64,000 nt of DNA, from positions 1-64,000 of the forward strand of contig JAUCBJ010002077.1 in the NCBI GenBank assembly GCA_032718475.1, written 5' to 3'. A program made the position numbers and the translations under genes. Under the pieces are notes generated by a model, which worked only from the letters and a program-made list of their open reading frames with translations, was not told the origin of the DNA and ran no database searches. Each line of letters begins with the position of its first letter. Position 1 is the first letter of the stretch. Below, piece after piece: positions 1 to 11,140 of this stretch. Origin of the DNA: Nemertoderma westbladi (taxonomy: Eukaryota > Animalia > Xenacoelomorpha).

Positions 1-67
1 CTATCTGAATAGTTTACATGGTTTATATTTTTATAATTTCCTCCACATCAACATAAATAAAGGAAAT

Positions 68-895
68 TCAACTAGAAAAGTATGAGATTCTGTTTCTGTT
101 TCTGAGATTCTCTTTAGACATTTCCTGTTTAAATTCCGACTCAAATAATTCCCGACGAGATGAGCTGTCCGGTGCGTGTTTCATAAAGGCCGCGAGTACT
201 GCTGTGGACTGCAACAACCTCATAATGTCATCTGACGTCATCCGTTGCTCCATCGTAGTATCGAATCTCTCGCACTGTGTTTCGGGGTATGGGCTAGGTA
301 GGTTGCGGTACCGGTCCCGCGCTAGCTGACGGCTCTCCATTGTAGGTTCGTTCACCCGAGCGACCTCCCATAAACTGTTAATGAAGTCGTTCAGCAATCG
401 GCTGCACGCAGAGACGTCACTACTAGTAGGGTTTATTAGACGGATACCTTCGAACGAACTACTGTAAATAGCCAACACGCCGCTGGGTTTAAGGACGCGG
501 TCAACTTCTTGATAAAACAAGGGTAAGTTAAACCAGTGCGCAGAACTACCAGCTGTAACTAAATCGCAGGTTGAATCCCCCACAGGTAAATAATTACTGT
601 CCCCCACCTGGAAGCTAATGCCGGATAAATTAGGTTGAGTTTTCAATAGAATCCTATTCGCTTCAGATATCATACTGTCACTGCTATCGAGGCCTATAAC
701 GCGAGTGAAATAGGAACGCAATGGCATTGTAGATTGGCCCGTTCCGCATCCTACATCGACGGCTAATTGGAACGGCTGCTTTAGCGTTCCGTTCTCAAGG
801 TAATCGATTACTTTATTGTAGAGATGCGTCGTGTAATTAGGTCGCACGGCTGCGTAATGTTTGGAGGTTGTGCTAAGTCTATAATATTGGGCCAT
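68..895 (-). CDS. Class I SAM-dependent methyltransferase (Methyltransf_11-like)
   Basis: Motif I VDVGCGTGQ, GLDSSDSMI, post-motif DLVTAGSSAHWF, and RVLKPSGVL; N-terminal YAAVRPNY. The first ATG (MAQYY) is at 895, whereas the ORF-track start at 964 is GTG. The last ~20 codons are low-information and could run into an intron or UTR. Confidence 0.85.
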   Translation of the reverse strand: MAQYYRLSTTSKHYAAVRPNYTTHLYNKVIDYLENGTLKQPFQLAVDVGCGTGQSTMPLRSYFTRVIGLDSSDSMISEANRILLKTQPNLSGISFQVGDSNYLPVGDSTCDLVTAGSSAHWFNLPLFYQEVDRVLKPSGVLAIYSSSFEGIRLINPTSSDVSACSRLLNDFINSLWEVARVNEPTMESRQLARDRYRNLPSPYPETQCERFDTTMEQRMTSDDIMRLLQSTAVLAAFMKHAPDSSSRRELFESEFKQEMSKENLRNRNRISYFSS

Positions 896-1619
896 GCTCG
901 CGCAGGATAGATCAATAATGCAGATGTAGTTACTGATATTCGCCGAATTACTGTACCTTGTCACCGAATTAAGACACTTTAATAGTGAGCCATTTGGGAA
1001 GTTCTCGTAAAGAGGTTTTTATAGATATTGTGGTTTGAATTTCCCGCCCAGGCATTTTATACACTCAGGAGCCCTCACCTTAAGATGCCAGCTGCTATGC
1101 TGGCGGCAATCCACAATAATGTGCATGCCCCACGGCCCTTTCATTCCAAAACCCAGTATCCCCAAATTTTTCATTTTGAGAAAAACGCAAAAGACTTTGG
1201 ACATTCTGCGATTGATGATCAAAGCTCGAAATGGACGCAAAATTTGTCAGAACCAAGGGCAGCCATTGGTTAATTTAGCCAACCAATAAAAAACTGCAAT
1301 TTATTTACCAGAATTTAATTATTACTCATGAAATGAGGCATATAGTCGTTGATACTGGGTTTTGATATGAAACTTTTTGGAGATACTGGGTTTTGGATAT
1401 ATGCCAAAACCCAGTAGGCCCCTCTCCAAAGAGTCCAAAAAACTTCTCCAAAAAACTTTTTGGCAAACCTTTGTTTCAATCAATTCAAGCCTTTTATTAA
1501 GCCTTTTTTTATCCTTTTAACCTTTTATCAAGCCAATTATTATTATCGAACCTTTTTAAGACATTGTTCATCCATGCAAGCTGTTGTTTTCCCTTCGGTA
1601 CATGATGCATGCCCACGAA

Positions 1620-1745
1620 GTTAGGACAATTCCGACCCGCACAATTCCGACGCGGACAATTCCGACCCCATTTTCATGGGTCGGAATTGTCCGGGTCGGA
1701 ATCTTCCTAGGTCGAAATTGTCCGGGTCGGAAATGTCCGTACACC
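1620..1745. mobile_element. Small palindromic MITE-like insertion built of 15-bp repeats
   Basis: Three GGACAATTCCGACCC-like units followed by four inverted units. It interrupts the 39-bp satellite. A degenerate relative lies at ~5084-5168. Confidence 0.6.
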
Positions 1746-1750
1746 TACTC

Positions 1751-2176
1751 CCACAAGGTGTTGTTTTCCCTTCGGTACATGATGCACGCCCACAAGGTGT
1801 TGTTTTCCCTTAGGTACATGATGCACTCCCACAAGGTGTTGTTTTCCCTTCGGTACATGATGCACGCCCACAAGGTGTTGTTTTCCCTTCGGTACGTGAT
1901 GCACGCCCACAAGGTGTTGTTTTCCCTTCGGTACATGATGCACGCCCACAAGGTGTTGTTTTCCCTTCGGTACATGATGCACGCCCACAAGGTGTTGTTT
2001 TCCCTTCGGTACATGATGCACGCCCACAAGGTGTTGTTTTCCCTTCGGTACATGATGCACGCCCACAAGGTGTTGTTTTCCCTTCGGTACATGATGCACG
2101 CCCACAAGGTGTTGTTTTCCCTTCGGTACATGATACACGCCCACAAGGTGTTGTTTTCCCTTCGGTACATGATGCA
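1751..2176. repeat. 39-bp minisatellite, 11 near-identical units (one more at ~1582-1617)
   Basis: Unit CCACAAGGTGTTGTTTTCCCTTCGGTACATGATGCACGC in direct tandem with no spacers. Confidence 0.97.
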
Positions 2177-2973
2177 ACCTCGGACCCACAAGGTTGTTTT
2201 CCATTGCAAAAATACATTGTACAACAGAAAGAGAATATCATCCAGGAATATCTTTAGGGGGGGGGGGGGGGGGGGGTGATAAACTACGGACGGGCAGTTT
2301 AAAATGAATGTAAACCAAGCAATTGCAATGCAATTGCTCATAAAATGGGGCATAGTCAGGTTTTGACATACAATTTTGAAATTTAAACATGTGCTAAAAA
2401 TGGTGAGATACACGGTTTTGGCAATTTCAAAAACCTATTCCCCCTTTTTCAAATGCTTAGAAACTTCACAGACAGACGCAGAACAGTTTCCTGATTCGAA
2501 TGATATATAAAACTCATTTTTTGAAAAATTTCAGATACTGGGTTTTGGAATGAAAGGGCCGCCCAATGGGCGAGTTGATAAGAACGAGAAGCGAGCGAAA
2601 AAATTGAAAATTTATTAATTGGCAACTTTACGAGCCTTTTTCTTAGCGAAGATGTTAATAACCGTATCTAAATCTATTTTGCCTGCTGCTCTCTTTCAAT
2701 TATTGAAATCATAGCTAGAGCACAAATTACGAGTCCTAAATAGCCAACAACGCTACAACAGTAAGTTTCAGTTACCAGCAATTCCTATTTCAAATTTCCC
2801 TTCAACCTACTCTGAGACAGTAGTATCTAAATAGATAAAAATAATTACTAGATTTAATACAGTAGTACTGTTTACTAACTGTATATCGCACTACCAAATC
2901 TTAATTCATTTCTCTCCGCCAGTTGTCCTGTTAATATCCTTAACAATACTACAATACAGACTGTTTCATCCCA

Positions 2974-3056
2974 CAGGGGCGTCTTCGGCACTCCTTGAGT
3001 GGGCGCCGCGGGGCGGTCGCCCCTGCTCGCCATGGCATGGGCCGGTTACGCCACTG
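2974..3056. mobile_element. GC-rich relic of a hAT-like MITE
   Basis: CAGGGGCG...CGCCCCTG and a TACGCCACTG end resemble CAGTGGCGTA-type termini. No TSD found. Confidence 0.35.
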
Positions 3057-3190
3057 GCCGGCTTATCAACAAAGTTGCACCATCACAACTGCAACTCCAT
3101 ATCCCCCATGACTATCTCGGGATTATCCGCATTTTCAAGGTCAGTGTCCTTTGAGATGCGTCTCAAGAAAGTCATGGGCAGGGCAGCCCA
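3057..3190 (-). mobile_element. Diverged 3' fragment of the RTE-like LINE seen at 41-58 kb
   Basis: The reverse complement matches CCCATGACTTTCTTGAGACGCATC...GACACTG...GCGGAT...GTCATGGG...AAGCCGGC of the copies at 41762-41880 and 58520-58640. Confidence 0.8.
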
Positions 3191-4525
3191 TCATCCTTGC
3201 GAAGTCTGCTTTCTGTTCTTTACTGTAGGTTTACTATTTCCAGGGGCTTCAACCTCCAATCCATATAGTTTTATAATGGCGGATACAACGATAATGGTAG
3301 CGGTTTCCAGCAAATTGCTAAATTAAATGTGGCAGATGAAATCCCCTTGTGGTAAAATTGGCATGCTATTTTTGGTAATTTTTTCTTACTGAGCTTATAA
3401 TTATAGCAACCCTTTATCCATTAGATACAATATTATGCGTAAGTTTAGAAACGAAACTTGTAAATATTTATGTGTTCGATCTTTGATGTTTCAATACGAT
3501 CGGCATTCGCTTTAATTTAAATTGTAAGGAGCCAACAACACAGCCTCAGAGTAACTATAATATAATAATTATTATATTAATAATGTCTCAGTATAGCCAA
3601 GTGGATTGGGGCTATATTTTATGTAAGCAGTCTCTTGCTCTATATCATATGGCTCCACATTAAACAACTCCACATCAACGTTTATGGGGCAAATTAAACC
3701 GAGCCCAGCTCATTGCGTTAAATCAACATTCTCAACAAGCTTCAATCAATATAGTATTAATTCAATATTTATTAGATGCGAAGCCAATAAATACTGATGA
3801 GGTTTACGTAACATAGCAACCACATTCATAATAATAATGGACTTTATCAAACAAAAAAATGCCGAGATTATCACTCCTGGTTATTGTAACAAATACCACT
3901 CACTAACTGAAGAACTGTGCACACATTTTTTGGAAGTTTTTACCAAATTTTATTTACAAAGTTTAAAATATTTTTAGGATGTAGCCGCCAGGAACTAACA
4001 GGTGTTACACAGTAAATTAAGGATCGGCATCCTATTGAATTGAACTTACACATGTTAGTATAAATTCCTAATCCGACTGTCTGTCTGTCCATCACAGTAT
4101 CCCTAGGTTGTTCATGAATCATCCTGTTCCAGTGGTATAAGGACTTATTCAAAATATATATATTTATTTAATTCACCAAAAAGGTATAAAATATTCGGAA
4201 ATTTAATAAAACAAGCAATGAATAATTAATATTTTATAAATAAAATCATAATAAAATAAAGTTAAGGATTTTTTTATTTTCGGACAATCGAGAAAATGGT
4301 ATATATTATATATATAATATTCAAAATAAATTATTAAACACAACCAAGTAGGACTCGGGCACTACTGTATAATAATATCCTTGAATTTATCGCTATGGTA
4401 TGCCGTATAGGTACAAATTCTATTTAAGGCTAGGTTTTGCTACATGAAAATAGGTAGGTAGTAGTTCATTATGTGTTTTATTGTCATACATTTAAAAGAA
4501 AATTTATTACATTTTATGAGTAAAA

Positions 4526-4978
4526 ATGGCTAGAGTGCAACCGAAAAATGATGACGTCACAAGGAAAATGAGTTTCGTATCCGAAACGAATATGGAACCC
4601 GTGCGAACACCAAAAATAACTCAAGTTCACCCCCTGGGAACCCCAGCCCCTCATCGGCCATCCATGCCAGACATCTCGGAGAATGTTGCCATAGCAATGC
4701 CCACAACATCTAACAACAAGACCGGATCGGGGACGGTTTACTCACCCAAGACGCCTAGGCCGACCTCTGTGAGCAACCGAATGATATGTTTATTCGCGAT
4801 TGTGGCATGTTTCGGTATTACTATGTGCATTGTGTTGTTCTGCTTGCTGCTCATTCAGGAGTATGTAACGCAGACGGCGATTGCGCGGGTGGAGAATGTT
4901 GTCAAGTACAGGACTCAACATATTATGGACCGAATTGATGGACCAAATCAACACGGGTTTGAGATTCACTCACAATGA
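4526..4978 (+). CDS. Hypothetical single-pass (type II-like) membrane protein, 150 aa
   Basis: ATG-initiated, GC-richer ORF inside AT-rich flanks. Pro/Ser/Thr-rich N-terminus, then hydrophobic ICLFAIVACFGITMCIVLFCLLLI. No family recognised. Confidence 0.55.
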   Translation: MARVQPKNDDVTRKMSFVSETNMEPVRTPKITQVHPLGTPAPHRPSMPDISENVAIAMPTTSNNKTGSGTVYSPKTPRPTSVSNRMICLFAIVACFGITMCIVLFCLLLIQEYVTQTAIARVENVVKYRTQHIMDRIDGPNQHGFEIHSQ

Positions 4979-5821
4979 AAACATTTCACGCTTTTGATAC
5001 ATAAATTATCACGTAAATGTTACATCGATTAATAAGTTATTAGTACAGCGATTACTGTATATGTTATTGCTATCACAGATACCGGTGTAGGACATTTGGG
5101 ACTCAGAAAAAATGGGTTCAAAATCTACGGGTGCGAATTGTCTCTGTCGTAATTAATGTCCGCGTCCCATTGCTACATACATACATGTATGGTATTTGTT
5201 ACCAATATGAATTCCGCTGTGTCGTTTATGTGCAGTATATTATTTGAAAAATAATTACCCGTTACTGACTTACTAACCACTGTCACATTCTCTCACGATT
5301 AGAGCAAATTAAACAAAATACTAAACATCGCATGACGAGTATGTCTACTTTAAAACTTGGGAGGGGGAGAGTTCCTGATCGTTCACACTAATCCATTTGC
5401 TAAATAGCAGAAATAATTATTATGAATCAAGATGTTTTCATCGGAACTTTATTAATTCCTGAAGTATATTCCCACCCCACACAATACCATAAAATAATAC
5501 AATTAGTAGACAATTAATTGAAAATAATATTCATAATTATAATAATTGGATATTTAACAAACAGAACTAAACGTATCGTAAAGTAAGCGTGCTTAGCTAT
5601 GGATACCGCTGATTCAACCGCTGTCCTTCTGTTGTAGACTGTCGAAAGTCTGAATCTAAAATATAATTTGCGTGGGGTACTCCGAAGTTCCTAGTCTCTC
5701 GCTAGAGGGCGACTCTATACAATGGTTTAAATACTGCGGTATAATAAACTTGCTTACTTCGACCAGGGCCAAGTCCCCAAGAACGTGTAGAGGGGGAATC
5801 AATCACAAAGCAGTTTGATAG

Positions 5822-8752
5822 TTAAATAGAACCGATTGGTGCCCCGACCATAAACCAGTCGTTGATAGCTAGAGTTGCTTTCATACGAACCAACCGCTTC
5901 TTATCACCAACAAGATAACGAAGTTTAGCTATCGCGTTAGATCTTAACGGTAGAAGGAGATGCGTTGGTAGTCTAGTAAGCGACCTCGTGAAGGTCAAAC
6001 AGGCGACCTTCAACCTCAAACTACCAGTCCCGGAACCAAGTTGCAATACCTTAACACAAAGGGATTCGGCGTGGGGGTGTATCAACTCCTGACGCTCTTT
6101 TGTCATGGGCTCCAATAAGCTGATAACGCTCTCGCAAAGATCCATGTTGTCTGGCGATAGGCTCCGAATGAGCATCGGTACAAGGGGTGGAAGTTTCTCC
6201 GATATTATCGCAATGGGAACCACCGGGATTAGATGGGACAATGTAACAGTGTAGTTATTGCAATGATCGGAGCTTGAGCAATGAGTAAACCCGTCTATGA
6301 GGAGGGGCATTAGCAGAAGGAAGACCCGCTGTTTGTATAAGATTTTCACGGTGAATCCACGCCTCCTTGCTGATTTGTCTTCCATAATGATTTTCATTCC
6401 ATCGGCGACTAGTCGACCTGATTTCGATTCTAGCGATTTAACGTAAAGTTTGAGAATTCCAGATAAATCGGCCCCACGAAAAGCCATTGACTTTAACAAA
6501 AAAATTAATAAGAAATAATAATTTATTACATTATTCTGAGCATCCTGATTTGTAAATATTGCATCTTCTAGTAACTTGATTGTTTTAGCAACTAATTCCA
6601 GGATATATGGTTCTTTGTAATATTTGTTGATTAAACTGCCAAACAAAGTAGAACAAGAGATCACCGATACCAGATTCACGGAACTTAACGCCACTTCTTT
6701 AATCTTTGTAAGTATTCCAGGTAATTTGGGCAGTAGCTGGGCCTCATTGCAGGACGCAATCACAGACGCAATAAATTCCACGTGATTGGGCAGACAGTCT
6801 ATAGCGCCGCCAGAAATAACGCAATCTGAGACGGAGTAACTCTTTAGCACACGGCTAATGAAAGCGGCAAGGCTAGTCTTTAAACAACATGACTTCAGGT
6901 CGTCCGCAAACAAGTATTCCGAATCTATTTCCAGCTCTGAAATATTTGACACAAATAAATCGAACGAATTCTTCAGCCTCTCACATTTATCGAAGTCATC
7001 GACAACCATCGTATCGTAAAGATTCTCCAAACACATCAAGAGGGGGAATATCAGTTCATCGTTTAAATTATTCAGCTTTATTTGTTCTGTTGATATGAAC
7101 TTCGTAATATGTTTCTCAGCATTTAATGGTGACAAAGTTTCAATAATAGAAGGAAATATTTTGTAAACCTCTTTCGTAGTTAACGCAAACGAGGTGTGTG
7201 ACGATCCCCCAATAATGGTTAAGGCGTCTTCAATAAAGTTATCCACTACTTTATCATGGGTCGCATCCGAGGCGATGGCAATGCCAGCGGCGGCACGAAC
7301 ACTGTCCGCAGGATCGTACATGAGCATGTTGTAAATGTACTGAGTCAATCCAACTGCGACCTCATCATTGTTTACCGTTGCCGATATATTACGCAGCGGA
7401 CCTGCACATTTCAGTGCAATAACACGCAGATCTGGATCAGGGTGACTAACAGTGGACTCGCATAACATTTGCAAAGATTTCAGAGTTTCAACAGGCAAAT
7501 CTACTTTATCAAAACTCCCGCCGCTATTCAAAAATCCTTGTGTTATCTCGAGCAATGCCCGTTTCTTTGTACCTTCGGAGTAGAAATAAAATTGGTCTTC
7601 TAATATTTTCGTGCACTCCGGCAAAACAGTCACGCAAGTTGATTTAGATGTTGCACAAACCGCTTGTAAGAGCTTCGCACTCGGCCATATTAGTTTCAGT
7701 TCTGGGTCTTTCAGGTACCTCCTACAATCTTTAACGATTTCCTCAGTGAGACTCGATTCATCAGATGATTTCGTTAGCGTTTTCAACATCGCTGTTACCG
7801 CATCAATACAAAGATTCTCTACATCAACAGAGGAAGCCTGGAAGGTTTCCTGTCTTATTGAGCCCCACAAGGCGCTGCTAAACTCCCAAACTACCTTGGT
7901 GTCAAAGACACTGCAGGCAGAGACTAATAGTGTAAGACAATCTAGTTTCGCAAGCTTGTTGGATTCAGATGACAACTTCTCAGCTATCAGAGGAAGGCAA
8001 AATATACCGAATTCTTTAGCGGCAATAAGGGCGTTGGATAGACTAGTGGAGAGTGCTTCACGGGATATGACGTCAGATTCGGAAGGTTTAAATTCAACAG
8101 GGAAATAACACGATAAAACCTCGAAAAGGTCCTCGCAAAACAGATCGAGAGGAAAATGATTGGAAATAAAAGCGGACAATTTAAAGGCGACGAGGAGATT
8201 TCTGGGATCGCGTTCGTTGTCCAGAGCGCGAACGAACATGAACACAAAGTCGGACCCCATCGGTTGGACGTCGGGGAGACGCGTTCGGAGCAGATGCGAG
8301 TACGTCACCAACACCAAGTACCGGTCCGGCTGCACTAGACTCTGCACCGGTATGTCGCGAGAGAAGTCCTGCAGTAAAGTCAGTAAAGTTTCAGTTTCTA
8401 GTTTCGGGAACTTTAATAAAGCACAAACCCCTCGCAAAGCAGATGTGGTCACTGCAGTGTAATCTCTCATCCTATTGGTGAAAAACTTAGTCAAATAGTC
8501 CAATTCGGTTACGGATAGAGAAGTTAATGATTGATATTCTGCACTGAGATTGCTATTCTCTCTCTCCCAGACCTTCTCCAGTACCAATGAAAGTAATAAA
8601 GTTCCACTCCTTCTCTGTTCCATGGACTCGTTCGCCAGATACGATTGCATTGATTCAACCAACGTAACAATCGCTTTCTTTCCCAAACAGACATCATTAG
8701 CGATGTCCATAACATCTTTATCTATACCTTCAACTTGTATTGACTCTCCCAT
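5822..8752 (-). CDS. MMS19: MMS19 cytosolic Fe-S assembly (CIA) targeting factor, HEAT-repeat protein, single exon
   Basis: 976-aa ORF with MMS19_N motifs ERDPRNLLVAF and DLFEVLSCYFPVEF, and C-terminal motifs LYKQRVF and VGDKKRLVR...W. Confidence 0.95.
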   Translation of the reverse strand: MGESIQVEGIDKDVMDIANDVCLGKKAIVTLVESMQSYLANESMEQRRSGTLLLSLVLEKVWERENSNLSAEYQSLTSLSVTELDYLTKFFTNRMRDYTAVTTSALRGVCALLKFPKLETETLLTLLQDFSRDIPVQSLVQPDRYLVLVTYSHLLRTRLPDVQPMGSDFVFMFVRALDNERDPRNLLVAFKLSAFISNHFPLDLFCEDLFEVLSCYFPVEFKPSESDVISREALSTSLSNALIAAKEFGIFCLPLIAEKLSSESNKLAKLDCLTLLVSACSVFDTKVVWEFSSALWGSIRQETFQASSVDVENLCIDAVTAMLKTLTKSSDESSLTEEIVKDCRRYLKDPELKLIWPSAKLLQAVCATSKSTCVTVLPECTKILEDQFYFYSEGTKKRALLEITQGFLNSGGSFDKVDLPVETLKSLQMLCESTVSHPDPDLRVIALKCAGPLRNISATVNNDEVAVGLTQYIYNMLMYDPADSVRAAAGIAIASDATHDKVVDNFIEDALTIIGGSSHTSFALTTKEVYKIFPSIIETLSPLNAEKHITKFISTEQIKLNNLNDELIFPLLMCLENLYDTMVVDDFDKCERLKNSFDLFVSNISELEIDSEYLFADDLKSCCLKTSLAAFISRVLKSYSVSDCVISGGAIDCLPNHVEFIASVIASCNEAQLLPKLPGILTKIKEVALSSVNLVSVISCSTLFGSLINKYYKEPYILELVAKTIKLLEDAIFTNQDAQNNVINYYFLLIFLLKSMAFRGADLSGILKLYVKSLESKSGRLVADGMKIIMEDKSARRRGFTVKILYKQRVFLLLMPLLIDGFTHCSSSDHCNNYTVTLSHLIPVVPIAIISEKLPPLVPMLIRSLSPDNMDLCESVISLLEPMTKERQELIHPHAESLCVKVLQLGSGTGSLRLKVACLTFTRSLTRLPTHLLLPLRSNAIAKLRYLVGDKKRLVRMKATLAINDWFMVGAPIGSI

Positions 8753-9631
8753 TGTGGTGTTTTATATTATTAATTATCAATGTCTGATATTTGTCTTGTA
8801 CATAGACAAACCAAATAGGATATTATATTGTACGTACTTGGCTACAGTAAACAACCCTGATGGGTGGGGAGCGGGGGAACCTAGCGAAAATATAGCCTAT
8901 GCTGCTATGCTCTTATGAGCCTTTGGCGGCCTCATTTATGCGTTCAGTAGATACCAACCAAATCCAAATCAATAGAGCATAGAGATGGGTTGGAAACTAG
9001 AAATTTAGGAAAATCAATCGTTCGTGGTCATTAACCTACCATTCATGAACGCTAACTTACAAAAACACTCAGGACTGTCACTGTTGCAGGATAGGCTCAA
9101 TATTATGTAACCCAACCCACCCCCCCCCCCCCCCCCCCCGTTGCAGTCCGAGTCCATTATTGGCTGAATAGGAATATGAACATAAAACTAAATCATTGTG
9201 ATTTATTATCTACTAAACAAATAAAATTACATAGCAATTACTTAATAATTATAATAACCTAGGCACAATGATACGTATAGTAACTACTTTTATAAGCACC
9301 AACGTAGTAATTATAAAGGTTGGAAATCAGTTGAAGATAAGATTACTATTAAGATTATTAACTATTTGTGAAATAAAGCTATAAAGTCAATAAAGTATCT
9401 TAACCTTAGTTGCATTTAGGAATGAGAGAGTGGATAAAGGAAAATAAACGGGAAATAAAGTACAGGGAAATCAAATTAAGCAATTGAGGCAAGATTTGCA
9501 AATTTTTAGCATAAAGACATATCAGGCTCCATTGTTGATCACTTAGCCAACATCGATTACTTTAAACCCGGCTAAATTTACCCCCCCCCCCCCCCCCCAC
9601 CGCATTGCGTTGGATTAGCTGGAGGATCGAA

Positions 9632-11140
9632 TCACATCCAAGGACCCCAAGATCCGCCGTGTAGTCTGGGATCTGCCGATAAGTCAATCGGTGGGAACAT
9701 AGGAGTGACAGACTGTCTCTGATACTCTGCCAGTCTGTCCAACAAGGACCTCACAACCCCCGGCTCAGCGTCTGCGAGATTGTTCGTCTCCAAGGGATCT
9801 TCGAGTACGTTGTACAGCCACAAAGGCGGTCGGTGGGGATCGATACGGGGACACAACCATGGCTGCCTAGTACCGCAACCCATGGAGTTACCCGTGAGTA
9901 ACTTCCACCCTCCAACCCGGATAGCAGCCGTAACTCGGATATCGAACTCGTATTCCGGGAAAATCTCGTGATTCAATCGAGACAAGGGGTCTATCCCGTG
10001 GAGGACCTCACTTCGAGGGGACTCGCTATTGGTTGCTAAAGAATTCCAGACGTTGACGCCGTCCAATGGGAGGCCAGACTCCTGGGGGTCGCCCCCGGCT
10101 AATTCCAGCAACGTCGGGAACCAATCAGAAACGTGGATGAGCCCTTTGTATACGTATCCGCGTTGTTGTAGCAACGGGCTGTGCGCGAAAGCAATCGTTC
10201 GCACTCCCCCCTCTAAGTAACCCATTTTCTCGCCTCTGAGCGGCTTGTTACTGGCTCCACCAGCAAGCTCGTCTCCGCCGTTGTCGCTAAAAAACAAAAT
10301 TATCGAATTTTCAAAAAGTCCTTTCTGCTTCAATCCGTCAGCAATTTCGCCAATAGCCTCGTCCATACCAGTAACCATGGCAGCATAGGCTTTTCGCTTT
10401 TCGTCTTTTATATGTTGGTACGTGTTAATGTAATCGTGTTGGACCTGTAACGGCAAATGAGGAGCCATAAAAGATACCATAAGGAACAGCGGCAGCTCGC
10501 CGCTGTGGCCTGCGATGACCTTTAAGGTTTTCTGTTTGATCAGGTCAGTTGAATGCTGTCCTTTATCCTCCAACACAGGTCTGTAATTCTCCCATAGATG
10601 CGCACCGGTTACGAATTTGGTGGAACCGTCTGAGTCAATATAGGGATCTGTGGAAGTGTGAGCGAAATGGTCGCCTCCCCCCTCCAAAAACCCGTAGAAA
10701 TAACCGAAGCCTCTTCGACGGGGCATACACTCCTCCTTGTGGAACCCAAGATGCCACTTGCCGACTAGGTTGGTTTTGTACCCGAGGTTTTGCAACCGTT
10801 GCGGAAGTAAAGTCTCGTTTAGAGACAGACAATAGGGCCGGAATCCTTCGAATACATGGTGGGGGTTCCCGGTGCGTGTCTGGTGTCTACCGGTGAGCAG
10901 TTGGCTACGCGTAGCCGAGCACATCGGTTGCGAGTAATGGCTGTCCAGTACGACACCCTCCTCAGATAAACTGTCTATATTGGGAGTGGCTATCTCGCTG
11001 CCATGGTAACCGACATCCCCCCAGCCCAGGTCATCTGCTATTATTAGTATAATGTGCGGTGGGGCAGTCGGTCCTGCGGTTAAACAGGTGGCTAAGGAAC
11101 TCGCCAACACAAGGATAAGTAAATAAATCATATTAAACAT
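9632..11140 (-). CDS. Arylsulfatase B/I/J-like sulfatase (family S1) with signal peptide, single exon
   Basis: N-terminal hydrophobic signal; PHIILIIADDLGWGDVG, CSATRSQLLTG (FGly motif), GKWHLG, FSDNGG, PLRGEK, DWFPTL; ARSB-type C-terminal WGPW. Confidence 0.92.
   Translation of the reverse strand: MFNMIYLLILVLASSLATCLTAGPTAPPHIILIIADDLGWGDVGYHGSEIATPNIDSLSEEGVVLDSHYSQPMCSATRSQLLTGRHQTRTGNPHHVFEGFRPYCLSLNETLLPQRLQNLGYKTNLVGKWHLGFHKEECMPRRRGFGYFYGFLEGGGDHFAHTSTDPYIDSDGSTKFVTGAHLWENYRPVLEDKGQHSTDLIKQKTLKVIAGHSGELPLFLMVSFMAPHLPLQVQHDYINTYQHIKDEKRKAYAAMVTGMDEAIGEIADGLKQKGLFENSIILFFSDNGGDELAGGASNKPLRGEKMGYLEGGVRTIAFAHSPLLQQRGYVYKGLIHVSDWFPTLLELAGGDPQESGLPLDGVNVWNSLATNSESPRSEVLHGIDPLSRLNHEIFPEYEFDIRVTAAIRVGGWKLLTGNSMGCGTRQPWLCPRIDPHRPPLWLYNVLEDPLETNNLADAEPGVVRSLLDRLAEYQRQSVTPMFPPIDLSADPRLHGGSWGPWM

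Larger units (their letters stand above)
1133..2561. mobile_element. Non-autonomous TIR DNA transposon with 4-bp TSD (superfamily uncertain), carrying a satellite
   Basis: Perfect 28-bp TIRs CGGCCCTTTCATTCCAAAACCCAGTATC (1133-1160) and its reverse complement (2534-2561). CCCA on both flanks (1129-1132, 2562-2565). Internal GATACTGGGTTTT copies at ~1351 and ~1382. Confidence 0.8.

Noticed and set aside
896-964. N-terminal 23 codons of the methyltransferase ORF in the track
   Set aside because: GTG start in a eukaryotic context; the first ATG is at 895.
1751-2176. CRISPR array
   Set aside because: Units are contiguous with no unique spacers, there are no cas genes, and the context is eukaryotic.
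1584-2413. 143-231-aa repetitive ORFs in four frames
   Set aside because: By-products of a stop-free 39-bp minisatellite inside a transposon.
3765-3815. Hammerhead ribozyme at CTGATGA (3794)
   Set aside because: A stem I is possible, but GAAA is GTAA and there is no NUH or stem III.
6889-10896. Short ORFs antisense to or overlapping MMS19 and the sulfatase
   Set aside because: Shadow frames of real genes with no motifs.
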